A stretch of 64,000 bases of DNA from an uncultured Thermomicrobiales bacterium (lineage in GTDB: Bacteria; Chloroflexota; Chloroflexia; Thermomicrobiales; UBA6265). The notes under the pieces were generated by a model. That model was given only the letters and a program-made list of their open reading frames with translations. It was not told where the DNA came from and did no database searches. A program made the position numbers and the translations under genes. Positions 18,601 to 26,359 of this stretch are shown in pieces; the stretch's first letter is position 1; each line of letters starts with the position of its first letter. The stretch lies in NCBI GenBank assembly GCA_902806325.1, contig CADCWE010000031.1:16112-80111 (forward strand), written 5' to 3'.

Positions 18601-20329
18601 CGTCGCGCAGGGCACGGGCGAGGGCGCGAGCGGCGTCCCCGAGTTCGTAATTGGGCGGCAGGAGCAGGAGATCTCCGGTGGCGTGGTCGAGGGCGTCGGC
18701 CAGTCGCTCGCGGTCTGGTTGGGACCAACGCCCGGTTTGGGTCGTCAGTTCGCGCAGCGAGGCGGCGGCGGATCGGTAGTCCAGGCGGTCGAGGGACTCG
18801 CCGGCCGATGCCGTGGCGTCGGTTGCGGCGAAGGCGGCGCCGATCGTCCGGAGATCGGCCGGGACGGGACGGTCGGCGTAGATATCGAACCAAACAGTCT
18901 CGAATTGGAAGTCCGCGCCGCTGAAGCCGGGTCCGAGGTTGGACGGCAGCGGGTCGTCCCAATACTCGCCGCTGAGGACGCTGCCCGGCGGCAGATTGGC
19001 GAACATCCAGCGGCTCGCCGCGAGGCGGGTGTTCTCGTGCGCGTAGATGGTCGAGAACGCGGCGGTCCAGAGTCCGGCCCCCGCCAGTAGCACCGCGCCT
19101 GCAAGCCCGGCCAGGCGCGGTCCACGCCAGCGCGCGAGGGCACCCCAGATCCCGTCGAGCGCCAACCCGGCCGCGACCGCCAAGACCGGGGTGAGCGGCG
19201 CCAGGTAGCGGAGGAACTTGGTTTCCGGCAGCGCGATCACCAGCGTGTAACCGAGGAACCAGGCCAACAGCAGCGCGCGGCCACCAGTCGGGTGACGCCA
19301 GAAGCGGTAGGCGAGCCACGGCAATCCGAGCAGCGCCAGGACGCCGGCGACCGGACCGAATCCGAAGCGGACCAACTGCTCCGCCTGGTACAGCATCGGC
19401 GTGGTGCCGACGTACTGCCGGGTGTAGGGGACGTCGATGATGCCGCGGACGATGTTGGCCTGCTCTTCGAGCGAGCGCCGGTACGGCCCCGGCGACAGCA
19501 GCGCGTACGGCTCGAACAGCGCGAAGCAGCCCAGCGCGGCGACACCGGCGACGGCGATCCGCTCCGGCGCCGCGGTCAACGCCGCGAGCGGGGTCGCCCC
19601 AGCCCGCCAGCGCCGCCAGACGTCGTAGACGACCGCGACGGCGACCACGCCACCCAGCGTGAAGACGCTGCCCTTGGTCGCCATCGCCAGCCCGAAGGCG
19701 GCGCCGGTGGCGGCGAACCAGCGCCGTTGCCCGCCCTCGGCGGCGCGGATCGCCCAGAGCAAGCAAAGGGCGACGAAAAACGTCAGCCAGGCGTCGGTGG
19801 TGAAGAAATGGGCGAGCTGGATCGACATCGGCGCCAGTGCGGCAACGACGGCGCCGAGCAGGCCAACCCGGCGGTTGAAGACGCGGGTGCCGATCAGGTA
19901 GACGATCAGGACCGTGCCGGTGTCGAGCAGGGCCGAGATCGGTCGCCCGATCAGGTAAATGTTGTCGTACCAGTGCCAGTCCCGGTCGCTGAACCAGGTC
20001 AGCACCTCCGCCACCGCGTCGACGACCAGCAGCGGCAGGGCGCCGTAGGCGAACCCCCGCGGGCGACCCTCGGCGTCGGGCGTGCGCGGGTTCAGGCCGC
20101 TCTTGTCCGGATCGAGGAGGTTAGAGAGCGGCGCGCCGTCGAGGAAGATGCGGGAGTAGGTGACGTCGGCGACGTGGCGCTCGTCGGGGTGCAAGTACCG
20201 GCCTTCGTCCCAGGTCAACCCGAACAAGCGCAGCGCCAGCGCGGCAACCAGCACCGCCCCGAGCGCGACGTGGTGGGGCCGCCGCGCGAGCGAGACGAGG
20301 ACGGTGCGGAATGCGATCATGGCGCCCAT
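15440..20329 (-). CDS. Giant membrane protein (~1629 aa): N-terminal GT-C-like multi-TM module fused to a DUF2298 / 'Chlor_Arch_YYY' module
   Basis: Start taken at ATG 20329 ('[12 protein letters not shown]...'), followed by 'RYLHPDERH' after TM1. The C-terminal half has '[40 protein letters not shown]' and '[16 protein letters not shown]'. The 150 codons upstream in the longest ORF are Arg/Pro junk that runs antisense into fmt. Confidence 0.8.
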   Translation of the reverse strand: [1629 protein letters not shown]

Positions 20330-20445
20330 TCTAGCCACCAGGCGACGCGCGGTCGAGGCGTCCCGCCGCGCCGGAGGTCGCCGATCGGTCCCATCGTCGC
20401 CGCACGCGGGCGAACCCCCCGGCCAACAACGCAGGAACGAGAAGC

Positions 20446-21459
20446 ATGACAGAAACGGCGGGCACCATCGAATCGCGGTTGAAGATCGCCTTTTTTGGCA
20501 CCCCCGCGTTCGCCGTCCCGGCGTTGGAACGCTTGGCGGGGGACGAGCGGTTCGTTGTTGCCCTGGTGGTGACCCAACCGGACCGACCGGCGGGCCGCGG
20601 GCGCTCGCTGGTCGCCTCGCCGGTGAAACGGGCGGCGGAGCAGCTCGGATTAACCGTTTACCAGCCGGACGGCCTGCGCGCTGCCGCGGGGCGCGAACCG
20701 CTGGCGGTGCTGGAGGCCGACCTCTTCGTCGTTGCCGCCTACGGCCTGATCTTCGGCCGGAGAACGTTGGCGTTGCCACGGCTGGGCTGTCTCAACCTCC
20801 ACGCTTCGGTGTTGCCCCGCCACCGGGGGGCCAGCCCGATCGCGGCGGCGATCCTGAGCGGCGACGGGAGAACTGGCGTTTCGCTGATGGCGATGGAGCC
20901 GGGGTTGGACAACGGTCCCGTGATCGCGGTACGCCAGACGGTCATCACCGGGGACGACACGACCGCGTCGTTGACCGAGCGGCTGGCGGAGATCGGCGCC
21001 CGATTGGCGACGGAGGCGATCCCGGAGTTCGCGGCGGGCCGGCTGCCGGCGGTTTCCCAACCGGTCGTCGGCGTCACCGTCACCCGCCCGCTGACCAAGG
21101 CGGACGGGTGGCTGGATTGGACGCGATCGGCGAAGGACCTCGAGCGCCAGGTACGGGCGATGTGGCCGTGGCCGCGGGCGTGGACGACGCTGCGCGACGT
21201 GCCGTTGCAAATCCACCGGGCAACGGTGGTTGACCGGACCGGGGCCGACGAACCCGGCTCGATCCAGCTCCTCGGGGGCACCGTTTCGGTTCGCTGCGGA
21301 CAGGGCGCCTTGCGGCTCGACTCGGTGCAGCGCGCGGGCGGGCGGCCCGTTTCCGGACCCGCGTTGATTGCTGGCGGTCAGGTAAACGCGGACGATCGGA
21401 TGGGTGATGGCACCGCGCCCGCCGCCCCTGCCGAACCGATCGTCCAAGAGGTGAAATAA
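20446..21459 (+). CDS. fmt: Methionyl-tRNA formyltransferase
   Basis: 337 aa with 'KIAFFGTPAFAVP' and 'LNLHASVLPRHRGASPI'. Confidence 0.93.
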   Translation: MTETAGTIESRLKIAFFGTPAFAVPALERLAGDERFVVALVVTQPDRPAGRGRSLVASPVKRAAEQLGLTVYQPDGLRAAAGREPLAVLEADLFVVAAYGLIFGRRTLALPRLGCLNLHASVLPRHRGASPIAAAILSGDGRTGVSLMAMEPGLDNGPVIAVRQTVITGDDTTASLTERLAEIGARLATEAIPEFAAGRLPAVSQPVVGVTVTRPLTKADGWLDWTRSAKDLERQVRAMWPWPRAWTTLRDVPLQIHRATVVDRTGADEPGSIQLLGGTVSVRCGQGALRLDSVQRAGGRPVSGPALIAGGQVNADDRMGDGTAPAAPAEPIVQEVK

Positions 21460-21866
21460 CCCCGCGCCAAGCAGGAGAGCGCCCCCTCGCCCGCGGTGTT
21501 TCGATGCCGCCGGGTAGAATGCGGATAACTATGGTTGAGCGAACATCCCCCGGCGGTGGTTGATACCGGACATAATACCGAATTGATCGGTAGCCGTTTG
21601 TCATAACCTGACCGTACTCGGACTTGGATGCCTTGCGCGAGAGCGGGAGCCCGCCGATTCCGCCCCGGCGTTGGCCGGCGCCGGGCGACACCATTGCGCC
21701 AGAGCCTATAACAGCGGTCGACACGCGGCGACTTCCGCGAAGCCAGGCGCACGCCGGTCCTGCGTCCAGTACGCCACACGAAACGTTTCGAGCGCCATCC
21801 GCGACCCGTCTCGGCCGACCGTCGGTCATGCTGCACCGAGGGCGGCGGTCCGGTTGCGTTAACGGG

Positions 21867-21895
21867 CCGGCGCCGGCCACAACGGCCGGCGCCGG
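21867..21895. terminator. Hairpin: 12-bp perfect stem CCGGCGCCGGCC/GGCCGGCGCCGG, loop ACAAC
   Basis: Lies 47 nt beyond the stop of the minus-strand sortase-like gene, at the 3' end of the non-coding gap. Confidence 0.45.
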
Positions 21896-21941
21896 GTTGC
21901 GATGGTATGGCGACGAGGCGACCATCGTCCAAAGGCCGAAC

Positions 21942-22958
21942 CTACTCCTCCGACTGGAGGAACTCCTCCGCCACGTACCCCTCGTTGCCCTCTTCATCGG
22001 CAACGTTCAACCAGACGCGTTCGCCATCGTTGACCGCGTTGCCGATCACCGTGAGGCGGGCGCCTTGCGGCAGCACCGCCAGCACCTCGGCATCGGTCGA
22101 GGCGTCGACGCGCAGGTTGACCTCCGCCTCGGTCACGGTGACGAATCCGCCTTCTTCGAACCCGGACTCGACGACATCGTCCGCGATATCGTCCTGGGCG
22201 GCGTCCTCGGCCGCCTCGTCGTCCGCGTCGACGGCCACGGCGGAGTCATCGCCGCGGCTGATTGCCACCCCGACGGCACGAACGACGGTCCGCGACAGGT
22301 ACTCCCCGGTCGCCGCGTCGAACTCGCCGCCGCAGGTGATCAGGGTCAAGGCCTCGCCGTCGGTCGGGCCGACGATCTCCTGGATCTGCTCCGGCGTGAT
22401 CGTCGCCATTTCGTAGGTCTGCATCCAGTCGACCTCGTAGGTCAACGTGGTGCCGTCGCCGGCGGAGACGACGATCTCGTCGCCGGCGACCACGTTGCGC
22501 AGGTTGTAGAGCACGGCCGGTCCGACGTCCCAGTAGTCGACGTGCCCGGCCATCACGGCGTTGCCGCCCTGTCCCGGCTTGGCGGTCTGCTCGTACCACG
22601 AGACGACGAACGGGCCGGTCGGGTTCTGCATCACGCCGTCGACAATCTGCACCGTTTCGACCGGCGCGTCAACGAACGCCGCGGGGATCGCTATTCCGAG
22701 CGGCAGAACCCCATCGAGCTGGATCGCCGGAGCCGGGTTAAGGCCGATCGGCCCCGGCCGGAGCCCGTCGGTGGTCGGAACCTCGCCGATGCCGTCGGTT
22801 AACAGGCTCGCGCTCGCCGCCAGCACGCTCGACAGCGACAACGCGGCACACAGCAGCGCCATGGCGGCGAGACGGCGCCCGTGGGCGGCGAACCGGCGCG
22901 CGGAGGCTTTCGGACGGTCGGTGGTCGGGCTGGGTACCATGCCTTGCTCCAGGCCCAC
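21942..22958 (-). CDS. Sortase-family transpeptidase with acidic linker and C-terminal SH3b-like domain
   Basis: Signal anchor 'LAAMALLCAALSLSSVLAA'. Catalytic triad context 'AVMAGHVDYW', 'ALTLITCGG' and 'LSRTVVRAV'. An acidic linker 'DADDEAAEDAAQDDIADD' is followed by 'VNLRVDASTDAEVLAVLPQGARLTVIG...WLNV...GYVAEEFL'. Confidence 0.75.
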   Translation of the reverse strand: MGLEQGMVPSPTTDRPKASARRFAAHGRRLAAMALLCAALSLSSVLAASASLLTDGIGEVPTTDGLRPGPIGLNPAPAIQLDGVLPLGIAIPAAFVDAPVETVQIVDGVMQNPTGPFVVSWYEQTAKPGQGGNAVMAGHVDYWDVGPAVLYNLRNVVAGDEIVVSAGDGTTLTYEVDWMQTYEMATITPEQIQEIVGPTDGEALTLITCGGEFDAATGEYLSRTVVRAVGVAISRGDDSAVAVDADDEAAEDAAQDDIADDVVESGFEEGGFVTVTEAEVNLRVDASTDAEVLAVLPQGARLTVIGNAVNDGERVWLNVADEEGNEGYVAEEFLQSEE

Positions 22959-23106
22959 GGTGGGGCGGTTTGACAGCGAGCATCGCCGCTTGACAGGACG
23001 TGATGTGCGTGCGAATAGCGTAGCGCCTGCGGTGGCTAGGGCACAAGATCCCGGATCGGCCAGTTTTCCACCGCTTCGGCGCGGAGGGTCTCGGCCGGTC
23101 GCGCAC

Positions 23107-23112
23107 TATACT
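23107..23112 (+). promoter_or_regulatory. -10-like TATACT upstream of the spermidine-synthase-like gene
   Basis: AT-rich hexamer 60 nt before ATG 23172. No convincing -35. Confidence 0.3.
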
Positions 23113-23171
23113 GAACGCCTCGCCCGCCAACGCCGTTTCGCCTTCGCCGCGAAGGAACCCCCTCCCAAACC

Positions 23172-24782
23172 ATGGTCGCTACCCCCTCTCCGGTCGAAGC
23201 CTTCGCGTCCCAAACCGGCGCTGTGGCGCGCGTTACCGCTCCCGCCCCGTTCTTGCGCCCGATCGTCTTCTTCGGCGGGGTGAGTTCGATCGGGATCGAA
23301 CTATCGGCGTCGCGTTTGATCGCCCCCTACTTTGGCGGCTCGACGTTTATCTGGGCCAACCTGATCGGCCTAACGTTGGCCTTTCTCTCCATCGGCTACG
23401 CCATCGGCGGCCGGGTCGCCGACCGCTACCCCGACCCGCGGGTGCTCTACACCGCGACGGCGGTCGCCGCCTTCGCCGCCGGTCTGATCCCGGTTCTGGC
23501 GCGGCCGATCTTCTCCGCGTCGTTGGGGGCGTTCGACCGCTTGGCCGTCGGCGCCTTCTACGGTTCACTGCTCGGGGTGCTGGTCTTATTCGCCGTCCCG
23601 ATCACGCTGCTCGGGTTCGTCACCCCATACGCAATCCGGCTGCGCTTGGATGCGATCGCCCACGCCGGCCACACCGCCGGCGGCATCTACGCCTTGTCCA
23701 CCGTTGGCTCGATCGCGGGCAGTTTTCTGCCGGTGATCGTCCTGATCCCGCTCTTCGGCACCGCGCGGACCTTCCTCATCCTGAGCTTGGCGCTGTTGAT
23801 TCCGTCGGTGCTGGGCCTGATCGCGGTCGGCGCCCGCGGCCGGGCGGCGGTGGCGGTCGGGCTGATGGTCGCGCTCGGGGTCGTGGCGACCATCGCCGCC
23901 GAGGGCAGGATTAAGCCGCCGGATCGGGGCCGTCTCCTCTACGAGACCGAATCCGAGTACAACTACATCCAGGTCCTGGAAGATGACGGCCGCACCCTGC
24001 TCGCGCTCAACGAGGGCCATGCCGTTCACTCCATCTACGACCCGGAGCGCCTGCTGACCGGCGGCCCCTGGGACTACTTCATGGCCGGACCGCTGTTCAC
24101 GCCGGATGCCGGACCGGACGCAGTTGACACCGCGCTCCTGATCGGTCTGGCCGCGGGCACGGTGGCACGGCAACTGGAATCCGCCTACCCGGGGATCACG
24201 ATCGACGGCGTCGAGATCGACCCAGAGATCGCCCGCGTCGGCCGGGAGTATTTTGCGATGGAGTCGCCGAACCTCGACGTCATCGTCGAAGACGGGCGGT
24301 ACTTCTTGCGGACAACGACGGAGCGCTACGATCTGATCGGCGTTGACGCCTACCGCCAGCCGTACATCCCGTTCCAACTCACGTCTCGAGAATTTTTCCA
24401 AGAGGTCGCCGACCGCCTCACCCCGGGTGGCGTCGCGGTGGTCAACGTCGGCCGCACCCGCACCGACTACCGGCTGGTGGACGTGATCGCCTCGACGATG
24501 CGCGATGTCTACCCGACGGTCTTCGCGATCGACGTCGAGGGGTACACCAACACGATCGTCGTCGGAACCAACGCGCCGTCGCCGCCCGGCGCCTTTGCCA
24601 AGAACGCGGCCCGGTTGGCTCCCGATTCGGAACTCGGTCAGATCGCGGCAACCGCGCTGGCCACCGGCAACATCCGGGAGGTCTCGCCCGGTGGGCGCGT
24701 GTTTACCGACGACCACGCGCCGGTCGAACTGGTGGTGGACCAGATCATCCTCGACGTGGCGCGCCAGGGAGACGACCCGTGA
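23172..24782 (+). CDS. Fused polytopic membrane domain / spermidine synthase-like methyltransferase-fold protein
   Basis: 536 aa. The N-terminal ~230 aa are multi-TM. The C-terminal part has 'LLIGLAAGTVARQL', 'IDGVEIDPEI', 'YDLIGVDAY' and 'TPGGVAVVNV', an aminopropyltransferase-like fold. Confidence 0.75.
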   Translation: MVATPSPVEAFASQTGAVARVTAPAPFLRPIVFFGGVSSIGIELSASRLIAPYFGGSTFIWANLIGLTLAFLSIGYAIGGRVADRYPDPRVLYTATAVAAFAAGLIPVLARPIFSASLGAFDRLAVGAFYGSLLGVLVLFAVPITLLGFVTPYAIRLRLDAIAHAGHTAGGIYALSTVGSIAGSFLPVIVLIPLFGTARTFLILSLALLIPSVLGLIAVGARGRAAVAVGLMVALGVVATIAAEGRIKPPDRGRLLYETESEYNYIQVLEDDGRTLLALNEGHAVHSIYDPERLLTGGPWDYFMAGPLFTPDAGPDAVDTALLIGLAAGTVARQLESAYPGITIDGVEIDPEIARVGREYFAMESPNLDVIVEDGRYFLRTTTERYDLIGVDAYRQPYIPFQLTSREFFQEVADRLTPGGVAVVNVGRTRTDYRLVDVIASTMRDVYPTVFAIDVEGYTNTIVVGTNAPSPPGAFAKNAARLAPDSELGQIAATALATGNIREVSPGGRVFTDDHAPVELVVDQIILDVARQGDDP

Positions 24783-25657
24783 CCGAAACATCCGGCGTGA
24801 TGGTGCTCGACCCGGCGTTTCCCACTCCACGGGATGGCTCCGCGCCAGAGCCGCACTGTCAAGGGCCACCGCGGCCGCTCAAAAGCGCCCTGCTCGACGC
24901 GGTGCCCGGCGTCGTCCACGGGATCACGGGACGGGTGCCCGGACTCGGCGCGGCGGACGGCAACGTCGCCTACAGCGCGCCGCGTGATCGGCAAGACGCC
25001 TGGTTGATGCGACAACGCTGGTGCGCTGCGCTCGGACTCGACGCCGCCCGCTTGGCGGTCTTGGGCCAGATCCACGGCGCGGCGGTGCGGAAGGTGGGCG
25101 CCGATGACGCCGGGTCTGGCGCACGACCGGCCACCGATCCGGCGGGTTACGGCGATGCCCTGATCTCGGACGAACCCGGCGTCGTCCTGATGACGTTGCA
25201 CGCCGACTGTTTGCCCCTGCTGCTGGTGGACCCGGATCGCCCGGCCGTGGCCGCGGTCCACGCCGGGTGGCGAGGTACGGTCGCCGACATCGCCGGAGCG
25301 ACCGTTGCGGGGATGCGGCGCGCCTTCGGCAGCGATCCAGCGCGCTTGCTCGGCTACATCGGCCCGACGATCGGACCGGACTGCTACGAGGTCGGTCCGG
25401 AGGTGGCGGAGGCGTGGCTTGCCGTGGCGCCGGACGGCCAGGCGTCACTGCGGGACACCGGCTCCCGGCCGTCGTTCGATCTCCGGCGGGCGAATCGTCA
25501 CCTGCTGGCGGCGGCCGGACTCGAACCCGCCCGGATCGAGGTCAGTTCCATCTGTACCCGCCACGACGGCGACGCCTGGTTCTCGCACCGCGGTCAGGGT
25601 CCGGCGACGGGCCGCTTCGGGGCCATCATCGCCCTGGCGGACCGAGACGGGGACTGA
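24779..25657 (+). CDS. pgeF: Peptidoglycan editing factor PgeF / YfiH-family (DUF152) protein
   Basis: 'QIHGAAV', 'HADCLPLLL', 'HAGWRGT' and 'CTRHDGDAWFSHR'. GTGA overlap with the upstream stop. Confidence 0.85.
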   Translation: MTETSGVMVLDPAFPTPRDGSAPEPHCQGPPRPLKSALLDAVPGVVHGITGRVPGLGAADGNVAYSAPRDRQDAWLMRQRWCAALGLDAARLAVLGQIHGAAVRKVGADDAGSGARPATDPAGYGDALISDEPGVVLMTLHADCLPLLLVDPDRPAVAAVHAGWRGTVADIAGATVAGMRRAFGSDPARLLGYIGPTIGPDCYEVGPEVAEAWLAVAPDGQASLRDTGSRPSFDLRRANRHLLAAAGLEPARIEVSSICTRHDGDAWFSHRGQGPATGRFGAIIALADRDGD

Positions 25658-25658
25658 G

Positions 25659-26342
25659 ATGGCGCTGGCCCAACGCATCGCCAAGGTGCACGAACGGATC
25701 GCCCGCGCCACCGAGCGGGCCGGACGCGACCCGGCGTCGGTAACCCTCGTCGCGGTCTCGAAGACGGTCGACCGGGAGTCGGTGGACGAAGCCTACCGGC
25801 ACGGGCTGCGCCATTTCGGCGAGAATCGAGTGCTCGACGCGGTCGAGAAGTACGCCACGCCGCTGCCAGAAGACGCCTCCCTCCACCTGATCGGCCAACT
25901 CCAAACCAACAAGGCCAAACCGGCCGCCGGTCTCTTCGACCTCGTCGAGTCGGTGGATCGCCCGTCGCTGGTCGGTGCGCTGGCCAAGGAGGGCATGCGG
26001 CTCGGGCGGCCGATTCCGATCTTGCTCCAGGTCAACATCTCCGGGGAAGAGCAAAAAGCGGGCTGCGACGAGGCCGCGGCCGACATGCTGGCTGATTCGA
26101 TTCTGACCGAACCGTCGCTCGCGCTGCGCGGGCTGATGACGATCGCGCCGCTGGTCGCCGATCCCGAGCACGTGCGGCCCGTGTTCCGCGGTCTGCGCGA
26201 GTTGCGTGACCGGCTCCAGATTCGCCATCCAGAATCGAGGCTCGACATCCTTTCGATGGGGATGTCGAACGACTACCCGGTCGCGATCGAGGAAGGCGCG
26301 ACCCACGTTCGGGTGGGCCGCGCCGTGTTCGAACGCAACTAA
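25659..26342 (+). CDS. yggS: PLP-binding homeostasis protein YggS family
   Basis: ATG 25659 lies 1 nt after the pgeF stop. Motifs: 'LVAVSKT', 'HFGENRV', 'HLIGQLQTNK', 'LSMGMSNDY'. Confidence 0.9.
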   Translation: MALAQRIAKVHERIARATERAGRDPASVTLVAVSKTVDRESVDEAYRHGLRHFGENRVLDAVEKYATPLPEDASLHLIGQLQTNKAKPAAGLFDLVESVDRPSLVGALAKEGMRLGRPIPILLQVNISGEEQKAGCDEAAADMLADSILTEPSLALRGLMTIAPLVADPEHVRPVFRGLRELRDRLQIRHPESRLDILSMGMSNDYPVAIEEGATHVRVGRAVFERN

Positions 26343-26359
26343 CAGGCCAAGCGGCGCGC

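Noticed and set aside
20330-20779. The first 150 codons of the 1779-aa longest ORF.
   Set aside because: This stretch is Arg/Pro-rich and runs antisense into the fmt coding region. The protein family begins with a TM helix, which is found right after the ATG at 20329.
21460-21941. Tested the non-coding gap by eye for tmRNA, RNase P RNA and SRP RNA.
   Set aside because: It has no GGGG...tRNA-like TTCGA/CCACCA end, no GAGGAAAGTCCGG box, and no GGAA/GNRA-capped SRP helix-8 pattern with the AGCA loop. It stays as an unclassified candidate (see findings) and is not called as a known RNA.
22970-22995. Two direct TTGACA boxes 20 nt apart near the 5' end of the sortase gene.
   Set aside because: Neither has a convincing -10 hexamer at 16-18 nt spacing (GAATAG or AATAGC at best). 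They lie on the strand opposite the sortase gene and ~110 nt upstream of the TATACT box of the next gene.
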